DNA of 64,000 nucleotides from Candidatus Omnitrophota bacterium (GCA_043732705.1 JAYTHE010000025.1:315-64314), one strand, 5' to 3'; positions 43,001 through 48,641 are shown, numbered from the stretch's first letter. Made by a program: numbers and translations. The notes: generated from the letters alone by a model not told the origin.

Positions 43001-44695
43001 ATATTCCGCTTCATTCAAAGTGAAAGCGATACTCATGCCCTGCTCAGGAGATTCTGCTTTGATTGGCTTGACAATAATTTGAGTGATGGGAAGCTGAGGA
43101 TTTTTCTTTAGAAGTGCCCTTACTTTATCACCAACGGTTTCAATATCCGTCATAGCTAGCCGCATTTCGGAGCGATTAAAAACCATAGGGGTCAGTCCCA
43201 CTGCGGAGGACAGACCCCCGTCGCGCATTTTGGAGCGCCGCGTTTCGCCGCGCAAGGCCGGCAAAACTTGGGTTAAGAAATCACGAACTTCGTTGCGTGG
43301 AAAATCAAAGATGGGCTCGGGACGCGAACCACTATGCGCAAAACCCAGTGGTTCACCAGGCAGGCGACGCGCGGTCATCAGCGTTTCATAAATTTTTTGA
43401 TGTTTAGGGGAAACATTTTTAATCGAAGGCGTTACGACTGAATAGCTATATCCAAGCCGGCGCAGTAATTCACAAATTCGTTTACGGTGAAAGCCGCCAT
43501 AAACCAATACTTGCGGCGCGGAAGACGGGTTAGATTCTAAGATCCGAGCAAGCTTGGCATCGCGTTTTTCGGCGGTGAGATAAAACTCCATGGCTGGGTC
43601 GATCAGCTTTTCCCAAGCCGCGAGATACACAACCGGCTTTTTTAAAACTGAAGCCGCATCCGCGGCCGCGCGTTGTGAAAAACCGGAAAGAGCAATGCTT
43701 GCCGGTTGAGCCGCAGGCTCAGAGGCAAAAACATAACGGCTCACCCATTCAAACTCTTCGGGCGCAGCTTTGAGCGCGGCGACTTTTTTAATCGATTGCA
43801 ATAATTGGTAATTCGTAAAAATGCGGCGGTCGGTTTCCGAAGCCAGCTGCCGTGCTACAAAGTCACGCTCGCTACTTTTAATTTCCGCAAATAAAACCGC
43901 GGGTTGAATGTTACGTTTTACGTTTGATTGCGGCGACTCAAGCAGGCTTAATAAAGCTGCGAATTGCGGATAGGATTCGAAAGGATTTTTACCCGGAAAT
44001 GCGGCACGCATTTTTTTCGCGAGCCGCAAACAATACTGATCAAACGAAAGTTGTCCATCCTGTGCGCGCTGCCATTCCTTCAGCCACTCGCTCACAGCGC
44101 GCGGATAATTTATATTCATGATCTTTTGATATTCCGCGTCAATTTGCCGCAGCTCATCCTGAATGACCGGTTCTATTTTTTTGCTTTCGCCGTAACGGCG
44201 GATATTTTCATGATGTAATTTAAAATTATCCGCGCCGATTAAATCAAAGGCTTGAGGATTCAATACATGCAAAAATTCGGCGCCGCCCAACCGCAAATGA
44301 TCCATGAGGTAAAATGCGGCTTTCTTTTTCAACTGTTTATCTCTGATGAAGCCAAAGTAATCTTCGGTCGGAACTTGTCCTTCATAACCTTCTTCATAAA
44401 CAGTTTTTACGCCGGACTTGCGAATGAGCTGCGAAATAATTCTAGCGGTATTGAGCTGTGCTTCAAGTGAATCATGCGCGTCTTGAATAAAAATAATCTT
44501 TTTCGCCGCATCCGCTGATTGATACGTCTCTTCCACTCGTCCCCATGGGGCTAAATTAGGCAGTATTGAACCGGAATACAGTCTTGAAGATTGTGAGGGG
44601 AAAGAAGTTGTTGGACAGACCATAAGAAAGACAAGGCCGAGAGCAACCCCTCTTCTTGTAAGCAGACTCCATGACTGATTTTTGTAGGTAAACAT
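22028..44695 (-). CDS. Giant 7555-aa multidomain protein: signal peptide, N-terminal domain, tandem AAA+ modules, coiled coil, LRR-like module array, C-terminal domain
   Basis: Uninterrupted 22.7 kb ORF; Walker A GAPGTGKS (about 40425-40447) with LLWDE; GPSGWGKD (about 39558-39580); repeated DPxxAY/YN/RG/NNP modules. Confidence 0.93.
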   Translation of the reverse strand: MFTYKNQSWSLLTRRGVALGLVFLMVCPTTSFPSQSSRLYSGSILPNLAPWGRVEETYQSADAAKKIIFIQDAHDSLEAQLNTARIISQLIRKSGVKTVYEEGYEGQVPTEDYFGFIRDKQLKKKAAFYLMDHLRLGGAEFLHVLNPQAFDLIGADNFKLHHENIRRYGESKKIEPVIQDELRQIDAEYQKIMNINYPRAVSEWLKEWQRAQDGQLSFDQYCLRLAKKMRAAFPGKNPFESYPQFAALLSLLESPQSNVKRNIQPAVLFAEIKSSERDFVARQLASETDRRIFTNYQLLQSIKKVAALKAAPEEFEWVSRYVFASEPAAQPASIALSGFSQRAAADAASVLKKPVVYLAAWEKLIDPAMEFYLTAEKRDAKLARILESNPSSAPQVLVYGGFHRKRICELLRRLGYSYSVVTPSIKNVSPKHQKIYETLMTARRLPGEPLGFAHSGSRPEPIFDFPRNEVRDFLTQVLPALRGETRRSKMRDGGLSSAVGLTPMVFNRSEMRLAMTDIETVGDKVRALLKKNPQLPITQIIVKPIKAESPEQGMSIAFTLNEAEYILPAGVFSMLSAVVAFAMISRFIKVSTHELRGQFDSDYTSSIVASITKGGGHIVWNYTKKDSSLSVDVETVRSEMRDIEGEPRVIDKTEAMDALDFELHNLAKQRSSKENRDVPYLRVRLRDDRHRIEVQYLATVQPDGTRVPQMGLIERVVRGGGILFFDTEGADARALEQFNALFDAKPFLGSSATPADPRLQVFVGIHPKEADHFSITVYSRALQTDDQSTGLDTGAFHSEFDRLMQDHNQLREDAVLGPNDAVIDLMKRSDFQDILVEHIGINGQGEWEYQEGPLVKAMNGKKRLVIQGPRNDPDFRYFIDQILVYRTLIVNGQVIQVPPDFEIVFQQKDYSRLSEPKTIHLGHALEGDVWMINQVTKDILFQRVEIDARTNRLRPLPGILAQKNVKIRITENLEDEGIWNAIMHTPGVQVEVAAGVEVPFVYSHFVAMKPAAVAEPEEATSDLPEMEAGSVHLLEADDLPFLTERIRAANPAQKVTVQHMSLGSSASAMIDTGELMSVHDKYFEIRNVKQKVLAALEAGETVILEGVERSPRLMKELESLFSDVPYLIVNGERKNLSEFKGKLILTATGLNEGRSRYEYSTRIAKSEDQDALYFEQLKKEFPTLAASGKLNEKWNQLKQLRDLFKNLPLPSNRGLTNELFPSEFDWSYARLKVYFALLQELQNPFEAFQHTWGVHYRRDAVIANYIQVQAKIMLGAQEAKRGVSGSMNSAIAGRRLNKILSHIRSAEDWHKFYWQMVNTLSWDTLEALRDELAEKSWKGDLSEQPLAVIKEAVVLKYKNDRTGFRSFLRDTLNHAGVGNLTVPLIDDELELDYLTADERLALVKKITQAVPIVFLQGAPGTGKSKLLPDLAQALGYSAEERFGPFTTGSNVEESELTGTGPRGFVGNWRKSLRGILLWDEANTAPADFHYFLLDNAGKNKPIVMTGNDETTEDRNVLRVAQERGVTVVFDDFDRAFYEAQAERYLAGVKDAEEIIPILMNMHEIAKLIGPQYEFSIREIQEASNRVKAFGLSASDQDKKSELIYQIWLVYRDRFSEVEQSAVQFIFQKKMGNDEQGRPLLDFKALEAKRLEATRAQFADYATLNDVALTGQTLSYLAYLWDLMRLRQARAEGQFVEPGKVSSLVLGPSGWGKDFVLENFLAEWQKRNPVSSASQAIHYLNGSMSDDELEATIQTAKADGSIIALREMNFLKSGVLEGKLNDILAGGKKPHPGFLFIGTLNGAHFSGRNKVSSPLMSRSSVFMARPYDEPSLLLITAKLAQTAGLAEDDTRVASIAHFQAWITAQVQNEEFIPTIRELTRAIQYLVKHPQAGWADAARFVYGPTYERWQLAEHSADFERLYAVSQLTENQPDTASVKQVAIYQKIVDVLSPPVINKIHVKINRTNQHSYFEHKDNALVISTADIATGRDWFFISMTLGMHAFTRGEYFRVQGEQSEKLFMQIMDSLFNERSWSSDANKGLAADLFDDVQLAWVEFLAGRIFSREPRRPPNSAIQLAHVIQNIRTPEGALNQDAVAVLFEWIENANNTLTPRKLYRYSLMAYLFGQVTIADLEKFQAALMGLTGAQNGDGDFFSLLGENPFPALLEHLKGDSYVGMPQSNVWESLTTQLDPDINGGELVLSELQIQFLQSQIVDWVESIVQNTNHPVPEVQEGDIPKEKNAPQIAVPDISQALAMRAEMDAQAKAEADRQTQERLRAKRQKNFNEKVADFDEAMTLIEKHLALALKTPGMVTFKRLDEIEDQIKNPARRLPGAVLVMLQNLRQEFQNPDEQQKLEKLNKRFQNALKKYERVWQRYKKLEEMARRYQQFLEEKAAREKAGEPEPESPPPNEKKQREMDALSRFMSLLNLDGRNSGEKFEPQGDIYSPEARGGKNAWDVDGPRGEIIKPPDEALVRVEAVNFKTVSITPTVEKPPEDPQLAKLRDQEPEIFENLFRAFFNWLMDTGRRTGGHKLDLSILLKTGNWDLARQTSGAVLKRLPRDLVIYGGGKLTALQADLFRFLFERGYSVRVLMNSGQISPRILSLQELMAALGMAGQNATLIDRDETARNLAREFNLKSPWLATLDDIQTLLFSGYAYAAVHAAIQHQKMDEEVKPEAAAAAVVEGVSPKYKIKAKPFSQIGLTFLVQRFIHERGGAVKQYIVNSFALAGAKLKTIIIVKDGTDFSKYPTDDFVEYWTESDALLPENIARVRTYATNQFNQVYELLADFSENKSIEDLKQRQRAVIDQLLHLESIQKYPFAPSIVSIDHDEVVLDLTSYEKHGMDVVNEILKNIHGFDHVLLPRFIGHARFPSPSDPMSQAPYPPSPKNYSFRPAAVSEKGYLVTVYSQGELGTKEVNYSNVVYEPDNAKIEAVREHAASLNTDLKALKGGEYFSINYQDGFIYCRVNVEYPGRLEFVDWISLIMLVRGVAVLEFENADNFPVEMWSFLADQNPDLFILEPPFPEKEGFWPDFGKLFPNLRGYSARHLTPAEFNALPLERLEMLTLAHFDATAVKSEQVAVALQKMPRLRKIVYEHAIEYGLPDILTLPPSVEKIFIIPGKKALPINVSDLAVLNGRKGLVVQIGNNRLSEDATMGEDPSGNGFDLIYFADGQEKIFKNQKVPFDDEAVPAPPGAKHGIEQRLQNAIKQFDALTSDDAKMRGLLGKHFLKIDQGEIVLDLTAAGIHAGSLAKQVLPSLTDIDHLIAPRNQPITGNKLDYHFRVTEPSEHGYKVTIQNGEGKPDNVYYQVQYAASDPATQEPADKTVLKDKLSKLGFKREAQEETVYQKDGLWHFYFVNKLSPEQWTQLMPHIKNFYSFDATNFGLPKAELGVLAQNNPELVVLEWWPLKDTATNMPLPNFPNLRSYLSLTLDSQDASRLHRSQVKKINIFELENSILAVFNGRKTIVELDHLEEDVLIVNAPLDAPGLDLYFAPAPAAPKEWRINVLVLDPAHPLADPNLYYQLDASILFEYNNRILQEAGISQQRINRYSAVTENQGTILGVEIGQPLSAEETAALMLLRGVSSFEAHGQSLPPADVMAQFHRNNPHVNRSSSPAADASPKTSQAADNSPQARLETISRNLRKLMADGVLPWTEEFIPFGVKLKDGDRVTVSLSNMTLKNPQHWIQIVRAVEGADEIYAAAGDITNEAVSELPAGVKVLILNHTRQFTDWQIIRRFHQLEELHIAFVDAGGPASMQARAELESVRDDEQGFKIDFDGSLLMRKYRIKAAAPSTVNEPAQARLEKVQRALQSLMDAGVLPWKKTDLKDSVFLKDGRVNVSLFMGSPENQQEWIQIAQATAGADEISVSRTNITNEAVNALPTELKVLSIENAPNFTDWQSIQRFRKLEKLFIRFPPDGKGAESQAQALAVFQTVTDGGFGFEIFNNGNQWPEKHRVKETAAAPKAQLPLDPQKPLADPNDYYGLDIIKLWRYNQKILAANGIPEAKINTKLSDDGHLFLHISSGLTKLDRNVLPQLRGIGEVYINSPEVSDYDLDQLTKNNPQIRQFDYAADLSPTTHVDGWQWLENLTNVVHLSLPPLANVGVEVLKFISSRKLESLSLFEVQEKCKPYLLRTVANEPGAFHFVHFMSNRAGEFTGQENEGFAVLAHLQAKPAPKETQPHVSQVLDPEAAYDLSFADRLAYNKTVIDRLNALATTSGASLSESFEGKLVLSVYGNPTLAQIELLASFRGIESIHMDAKDMQGIESLVTNNPRLYHLVFHLHESDSANLTRPWLASLKHLERLNILGMSKGRALFNLGANLKYLSQLPKLRTVELPGNKKDYPALKSAPAGADNVVEVSFGVGDETMSVVLSDTASPPASPEPSQAPDPEAAYEMSSQELLAWNNGVRNKILELNGTGNSAEVPEFFSSSPRTILLRGSWSAEQAALLKDFRGIMSVHIELNKTNALAEFAKNNPRIIVVDCLLSVIGFGQDLGLFNHFKNLRDLTIRSNQPDADNFADYLPSLADLPLKQLVLPGLFKDYERDLQPSNDDDAIKITFSVGHREGKFKIIAKKTQSEPSQAPDPEAAYTMDKTALMEWNHDVRDKILALNGKRKSDFTRVKVDLVGGKVYLEVEGVLSLGQVALLAEFRGVHAVNVRSDVAGFDEFAVNNPRIAIILHDVSKAVPGSKNLFWFDKLRHVEEIGLEKKSRSLSLDAGSIKAFASMGLKKLTVPLTQSECLPYLQRSDAVDAVLITFSDGKTEKYKIHSLEDARLEEDRRLTERELKELNGRAFFADNRKIMFDPATVTVNFVGFKIRHPEDWIFVLRALPAARRFAFDSSSEAFDYFEPANEGEPGAVLVVEFSQGDPFLKWMKLKPAIAPQEAKLEAPQPGSPAAIQKIVKEFLAMNIFYGDIHVSGIFARASVSFQDAEIRDPSRWRWALEQLAGARQFIFTDTQLEKMGEVEPLFFENADVADPGSIHIAMVHGKGVNSKTSPLGWKKFKPATPKPSNQFTAPDPVKAYQMSAAEITAYNAAIIHQLNVISERDRQVFVTSGNNLSIILHESAKAISDGQLELLKQLRGLELLSIKNTSAHALPHETMTQVARNNPRIESFMYVAPKTATNFKDFEIIQTLSWVRELRNVTDFGLIQYGAILEDVFDWIKDMPLEKFHSNLEPQNDTVAQYIEPAGDGEGFEYISDTIRGRYKLKSAASKQPAKQNGKPVLDTAKPLADPNAYYEYSTVERSDYNANILTGNNQGGHLLISYGGDGIIMLTVGRDATPSEIKKMMPLFRGIDGVLFESPQDSESLAVFAKNNPGMRILEYVPRPVNVRSWPEMPWLAEWKELQTVMFGQDVPLGNLRFIQSPRLTGLSLFEMPTVAELGPYAEKSEQGHPGAFELEYRNEGGFRGSYSGGHFVLKHLSPQSPTPAAKPPIDSVTKPEDFYAYSQQELYQYNMHVMSSSMASEMSLIFTNDHGPGAKGLKLFITSIGPREKAALPFLRGISTIFADDSLKKGSEGERFLLANNPRVKKVMRTDDEESAKEEKQPSPPTAQLDPEQAYKMDTGELEAYNQRIINQMKLEPSGGSPTFIMSQYIVPAPLGGGAGGKHVDRAGFALAISQALSDEQLQLLMQLRGIGQIIFLSQSITPRDMQTFVQNNPQLANITYAVNQAFPAHEWSWLANLKYTESLKIQGVSNNNYFPPVAINYLAAFIQNPLRSLSLPGEERDYLGHIKPYKEGAGEEKFIRINFTQGSTGSKLFTFGGNAQKPPLKDNLAGAQAPHLPAAVSWLDGKPIEEVYQLTPAKRLERNLQIIAKIKSEIAAGRMKNILPAFVSAPDFMPKNLFDANEEDGWLRINLGADGVTDWSFIRYFEGCDIAEVYEKTVIAEDVALLTLRNPGLENISISHSPQVTSNLSLALGGFSHLKELFGPRQEIKEQLERADKTDTAQVFRVRFDGADSDVLMKLKSRPDLQVYLELDAEAEAAHRIPATPQKEDVNQALARIKREIDSYKGSGDYISGDITAEKLPEGEIRVSFRKVKSKENIELSRFGSPHVTHWSFENSQMGAGHILETIPHSEKIIDLNLQGLGFSNTDDMTFLLARFKNLKSLNLSGIQLAFGFDLTKVPDALAQLPHLRMLFIDHGLLDDSMIQRHFVERAEGAAQQPNDLTVFLEDKKSELVGVRYWIRKTEGASSESAAAPQMDARARAAAYNERLKLLNTEGVETGQSFFMSRDDKVFLQVGSGVTRVASYDFLNKFEDVEGIFIDRASGLDEVQKILQVKSDFTAIEIQEEEQYDSIPDAKKKLVWVIDHLKQLNSVYFHKDVGGDGDLSEIIPHFNASRITTLELYEWRDAYSRAFLEKIAYSRWPLEHLIISGTMKVESQFINMFSGQLRTLSMTAHTELLKPIGTNLVQVESLTVSAHNLGIFMEKNMLNATATPKLRELVIAEEVDIDLVIADEIDIDLAVKVIERLPDLDALQFAKTIHDRFDQNAITAKFGEINNAWNAAVIKGNLYEITVNVKAMREAAPSELPKPAPTSASTSDSTSALSAEDRAAVYNAQLKTIKTKSPDSSADHFIFWAHDGRVFLKAQQALYVHSQRYNLDFLKEFPKIDGIVFDDNLDFSAGTLILGLRQDFDAIYLEDSDFTGRAYESDTIGRDYLITVLEKLSQTKALYFGGADYSPAFVQIVLNAIKGRPIQTLSLSSSFLNAAAGDTVVDNTEKFFESITPSLKKLELSFVSSNANARGLLRTLNAYFGGIQELTVQTRPDDLEGFRFNIKSVPNAEKITLVDIHLDSLADIESLGLHKLRQLKELTIDNRIGIERIDDINDYLPGLKKIAFKVNDISDAQQLKQSLLSHGRQFKILIDLVANAFGLHEVTIVFSETKPASPPSVASSASVSEKSAKEIAAEYNEKLAKMQLSGVALFKAEDGKVFLTIWQMYLASKFLPDLKRQFPMVEGLVLEDHFDYSAQENPKAVSFLLDAIKNSQLRAIKLDMTETTQKTIDKIKKIIDVMPNLDSLYFGEQSYDAKFLRGVFDAVRGRKIHSLGFDKTNLGGNFTDVVEKLIQNLRFPIKRLIIRTTEKTNVFGRMWIHEFANTLTELVIDKPSSSRVLRNPVDLPLLEKLDVDQGSAQFILPQLGKSGRELQSLALRIDNWADLDHAFLAEFEPHMAQVRNFELEFDYVARSDSSDFSAIQKLINGAQNMERFVIREGSRWDEIPFDLSAARNLKEMIINRQVETANILTILEQAPQLEKIVFQSSEISDTSMFAVWVSQKGGRINNGPGLEKTITFPSQESNKLIMVSRNHPVTVEALPPKEEIFDFETVDFVLGMVPPERREAVMAQVKEMFRLRGMAGAFEVFSKRYKNHQEKSGIARSELRDTSAPLTSEDHAAMILSLFKQTQISDSALLILDDETLGAMTEAQFNEYVALLGLNSKINLRVNRTKILSAQAQKRFDLLKRQFTDENRVDFFSGLRGNYKRVIFFGQHDRIAGYSEFLNKLPGNKKIIRAAYSTKNAGLPTLALLVPEDKIKSREEFFGEKEFRVMAEFAQQLMAELVIAFSA
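25324..25387. repeat. 30-bp tandem duplication in the giant gene (LVIAEEVDID/LVIADEIDID)
   Basis: caaggtcaatatcgatttcatcggcaatga / caaggtcaatatcgacttcctcggcaatga. Confidence 0.9.
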
Positions 44696-44897
44696 AAATT
44701 TTCTAAAATAAATTTAACCTCAATCCTTCGTATAAGCAAAATTATGTTATATTTTACTATATAATGCTATATATTAACTTCGCAGAACGTCCTTTATTTT
44801 AACAAAACTTTATAAATATGTTTTTTATGAAATATTGCAAGCTCTCTCTTACACTACTTATCTAAATATTTGTCTGTTATAATGCGCTTCGTTTTTC

Positions 44898-45599
44898 ATG
44901 CTTCTGAATTTTGGAGCTTTTGTGAACCGCGACTGTCCTTCTCAAACATCCATCGGAAAAAAAGTTCTCATGGCGCTAACCGGGCTCATGTTGTCCGGCT
45001 TTATCGTGGGCCATCTTCTCGGCAATCTGACGATTTTCGGCGGCCGGACCATGATTAACTCTTATGCCTATCATCTTGAAGAGCTCAAACCCCTGCTGTG
45101 GATCGCGCGCATTTCACTTTTAGCTTTGATTATCATTCATATTCTTTCCGCGATTTGCGTGACGATTAAAAATAGAGTGGCCCGCCCCATCGGCTACGCC
45201 AAGAAAGAACATCAAAGCACCTCCGTCGGCGCACGCACGATGGCTGTTACAGGGACAGTCATTCTCGCTTTTATTATTTTCCATCTGATGCATTTCACTT
45301 GGCGTATCACTCACCCTGAACTTTCAAACGGTATTGATGTTAATGGACACCGTGATGTTTTCCGTTTAGTTGTTTTAAGTTTTCAGCGCCCCGAACTTGC
45401 TTTTACCTATGTCGCCGCTTTAACGCTGTTGTTTTTACATTTAAGCCACGGGCTTTGGAGTTTATTTCAATCCTTGGGGCTGCTCGGCGAAAGAAGTTTA
45501 CCGGTTGCGAAAAAAATTTCATGTACGATTTCATTTATTCTTTATTTGGCTTATATTTCTATTCCCCTTTCCTGTTATTTTGGATTGGTAAAAATTTAA
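44898..45599 (+). CDS. sdhC: Succinate dehydrogenase cytochrome b subunit (5-TM b558 type)
   Basis: SIGKKVLMALTGL, HLLGNL, FHLMHF and LHLSHG; exact start uncertain. Confidence 0.93.
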   Translation: MLLNFGAFVNRDCPSQTSIGKKVLMALTGLMLSGFIVGHLLGNLTIFGGRTMINSYAYHLEELKPLLWIARISLLALIIIHILSAICVTIKNRVARPIGYAKKEHQSTSVGARTMAVTGTVILAFIIFHLMHFTWRITHPELSNGIDVNGHRDVFRLVVLSFQRPELAFTYVAALTLLFLHLSHGLWSLFQSLGLLGERSLPVAKKISCTISFILYLAYISIPLSCYFGLVKI

Positions 45600-45732
45600 T
45601 GACGACATTTTTTATGGAACAAAGTGAATATAAAAAATCTGTCGGAATTAAATCCCCGCGAAAGCGGGGATCTAGGATTAAAAATTTGAATAATTTAGAA
45701 CTAGATTCCCGCCTGCGCGGGAATGACAAAAA

Positions 45733-47646
45733 ATGAAAAAAATTAATTCCAATATTCCCGCGGGAGACCTCAAAGACAAATGGCAAAACCGTCTTGCCGA
45801 ATACAAGCTCGTTAATCCCGCGAACAAGCGCAAACATAAAATTATTATTGTCGGAACCGGTTTAGCCGGTGCTTCTGCGGCCGCAACTCTCGCCGAGCTT
45901 GGGTATAACGTCGAATCCTTTTGCTATCAGGACTCGCCCCGCCGCGCGCACAGTATTGCCGCCCAAGGCGGAATTAATGCCGCGAAAAACTATCGTGGCG
46001 ACAATGACAGTGTTTACCGTTTGTTTTATGACACAATCAAAGGCGGCGATTTTCGTGCGCGGGAAGCGAATGTTTACCGTTTGGCGCAAGTCAGCGGCAG
46101 TATTATTGATCAATGCGCGGCACAGGGCGTTCCTTTCGCGCGTGAATACAGCGGCTATCTCGCGAACCGTTCTTTCGGCGGTGCGCAGGTTTCGCGCACT
46201 TTTTACGCTCGCGGACAAACCGGCCAACAGCTTCTTTTAGGCGCTTATCAAGCGCTTGAACGTCAAATTGCCGCAAAAAAAGTGACTATGCATGAACGTA
46301 CCGAAATGCTTGATCTGGTGCTTGTGAACGGCCAGGCCCGCGGAATTATTTCACGCGATATGGTCACGGGCGAAATCACAAAGCATGTTGCGGATTGCGT
46401 CATTCTCGCGACCGGCGGATACAGTAATGTGTTTTATCTTTCGACCAATGCCAAAGGCTGTAATGCATCCGCTATTTACCGCGCCCATAAACGCGGTGCC
46501 TTACTTGCGAATCCCTGCTATACCCAAATTCATCCGACATGCATTCCTGTCAGCGGCGAGTATCAATCCAAATTGACATTGATGTCCGAATCTTTGCGCA
46601 ATGACGGGCGCATTTGGGCGCCAAAAGCTAAAGGCGATAAACGCGCTCCGGCTCAAATTCCTGAAAACGAACGCGATTACTTTCTTGAAAGAAAATATCC
46701 GAGCTACGGCAATCTTGCGCCGCGTGATATCGCTTCCCGTGCCGCGAAAGAAGCTTGTGATGAAGGCCGCGGAGTCGGGCCAACGGGTTTAGGCGTTTAT
46801 CTCGATTTGGCGGATGCAATTAAACGTCTTGGCAAAGAAACAATCAAAGAAAAATACGGCAATCTTTTGGATATGTATAACCGTATTACCGGTGAAGATC
46901 CTTATTCCGAACCGATGCGCATTTACCCCGCCGTGCATTACACCATGGGTGGTTTGTGGGTGGACTATGATTTGATGAGCAATATTCCCGGACTTTTTGT
47001 TGTGGGTGAAGCCAATTTTTCCGATCACGGTGCCAATCGTTTAGGCGCCAGCGCATTGATGCAGGGTTTGGCCGATGGTTATTTTGTCGTTCCCCACTCC
47101 GTGTCGAATTATATCGCAAGCGTGAAACCCGCAAAAGTTACAACAGATGCACCGGAATTCAATACGGTTCAAAAGGAAACTCAAGATAAAATTAAAAAAA
47201 TGCTTTCCGTCAACGGCAGCACAACCGTCGATGAATATCACCGCCGCCTCGGAAAAATTGTTTGGGATAAATGCGGCATGGCCCGCTCCAAAGCCGGCTT
47301 GGAACAAGCGATCAAAGAAATTCAATTGCTGCGTGCCGATTTTTGGAAAAATGTCAAAGTTTTGGGGACTAATGAAGAGCTCAACCAATCGCTCGAAAAA
47401 GCCGGCCGCGTCGCGGACTTTCTCGAATTCGGCGAACTCATGTGCATTGACGCTCTCACCCGCGAAGAATCCTGCGGCGGCCATTTCCGCGTGGAATATC
47501 AGGAAGAAGGCGAAGCAAAACGTAATGATGAAAAATTTACTTATGCCGCGGCGTGGGAATATAAAGGCGAGGGCGTAAAACCCGAATTACACAAAGAAGA
47601 ATTAAAATTCGAATCGATTCATCTTCAAACCAGGTCTTATAAATAG
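45733..47646 (+). CDS. sdhA: Succinate dehydrogenase/fumarate reductase flavoprotein
   Basis: [36 protein letters not shown] and [10 protein letters not shown]. Confidence 0.97.
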   Translation: MKKINSNIPAGDLKDKWQNRLAEYKLVNPANKRKHKIIIVGTGLAGASAAATLAELGYNVESFCYQDSPRRAHSIAAQGGINAAKNYRGDNDSVYRLFYDTIKGGDFRAREANVYRLAQVSGSIIDQCAAQGVPFAREYSGYLANRSFGGAQVSRTFYARGQTGQQLLLGAYQALERQIAAKKVTMHERTEMLDLVLVNGQARGIISRDMVTGEITKHVADCVILATGGYSNVFYLSTNAKGCNASAIYRAHKRGALLANPCYTQIHPTCIPVSGEYQSKLTLMSESLRNDGRIWAPKAKGDKRAPAQIPENERDYFLERKYPSYGNLAPRDIASRAAKEACDEGRGVGPTGLGVYLDLADAIKRLGKETIKEKYGNLLDMYNRITGEDPYSEPMRIYPAVHYTMGGLWVDYDLMSNIPGLFVVGEANFSDHGANRLGASALMQGLADGYFVVPHSVSNYIASVKPAKVTTDAPEFNTVQKETQDKIKKMLSVNGSTTVDEYHRRLGKIVWDKCGMARSKAGLEQAIKEIQLLRADFWKNVKVLGTNEELNQSLEKAGRVADFLEFGELMCIDALTREESCGGHFRVEYQEEGEAKRNDEKFTYAAAWEYKGEGVKPELHKEELKFESIHLQTRSYK

Positions 47647-47656
47647 CACCCAGGCT

Positions 47657-47694
47657 CACATCGGATGTGTATAACCCTGTACACATCCGATGTG
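47657..47694. repeat. Inverted pair of self-palindromic 13-mers CACATC(G/C)GATGTG
   Basis: cacatcggatgtgta-taaccctg-tacacatccgatgtg. Confidence 0.8.
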
Positions 47695-47876
47695 TACGAG
47701 GTTACACAAATGAAGCTCACTTTAAAAGTTTGGCGGCAGAAAAATGAAATAAGTGCACAATTTACGGAACGCAGTGAAAGTAAATTGTTTGCACGAATTT
47801 CATCCCAGAAACGCGAAGCGTTATCAGGGATCCAGAACTGGATCCCCGCCTGCGCGGGGATGACAAGGTTGAAAAT

Positions 47877-48641
47877 ATGAAATTAATACTAAAAGTATGG
47901 CGGCAACCAAACCAAAGCACTAAAGGTAAATTCGAAACTTACCACACCGACGCTGACGAACACATGTCCTTCCTTGAAATGCTGGATGTTGTGAATGAAA
48001 AACTCATTCACGAAGGCAAAGACCCTATCGCGTTTGACCATGATTGCCGCGAAGGTATTTGCGGCGCCTGCTCGATGGTCATTAACGGACTGCCCCACGG
48101 CCCGCAAAAAGCGACAACAACTTGCCAGTTACATATGCGCCACTTTAAAGACGGTGAAATCGTGGTGATTGAGCCCTGGCGCGCGGCAGCCTTCCCTGTT
48201 TTAAAAGACTTAGTCGTCGATCGCGGTTCCTTCGACCGCATCATTCAAGCCGGCGGATATACATCTGCGGCAACCGGCGGTGTTCCGGATGCGAATTCGA
48301 TTTTGATTCCGAAGGAAAGAGCGGATGAAGCCATGGACGCTGCGCAATGTATCGGCTGCGGCGCTTGTGTCGCGGCTTGCCCTAATGCTTCCGCGATGCT
48401 CTTCGTTGCGGCTAAAGTATCCCATCTTGCGAATCTTCCTCAAGGACAAATCGAAGCTAAAACCCGCGTGCAAAATATGGTGAATCGTATGGATGCAGAA
48501 GGTTTTGGAAATTGTACCAATCATGGCGAATGCCAAAGTTCATGCCCGAAGGAAATCTCAATTAAGTTTATCGCCAAGATGAATCGTGAATTTTTAGGCA
48601 GTTTGACCCACGAACAAAAAACCTCCAACGAATCTGCCTAG
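47877..48641 (+). CDS. sdhB: Succinate dehydrogenase iron-sulfur subunit
   Basis: [22 protein letters not shown] and [12 protein letters not shown]. Confidence 0.97.
   Translation: MKLILKVWRQPNQSTKGKFETYHTDADEHMSFLEMLDVVNEKLIHEGKDPIAFDHDCREGICGACSMVINGLPHGPQKATTTCQLHMRHFKDGEIVVIEPWRAAAFPVLKDLVVDRGSFDRIIQAGGYTSAATGGVPDANSILIPKERADEAMDAAQCIGCGACVAACPNASAMLFVAAKVSHLANLPQGQIEAKTRVQNMVNRMDAEGFGNCTNHGECQSSCPKEISIKFIAKMNREFLGSLTHEQKTSNESA

Noticed and set aside
24489-44470. Many short ORFs nested in the giant gene
   Set aside because: Antisense or alternative-frame shadows without recognisable motifs
44640-44665. TRRG as a Tat signal for the giant protein
   Set aside because: Lacks the FLK-type consensus, and the protein is far too large for folded Tat export; treated as an ordinary basic n-region
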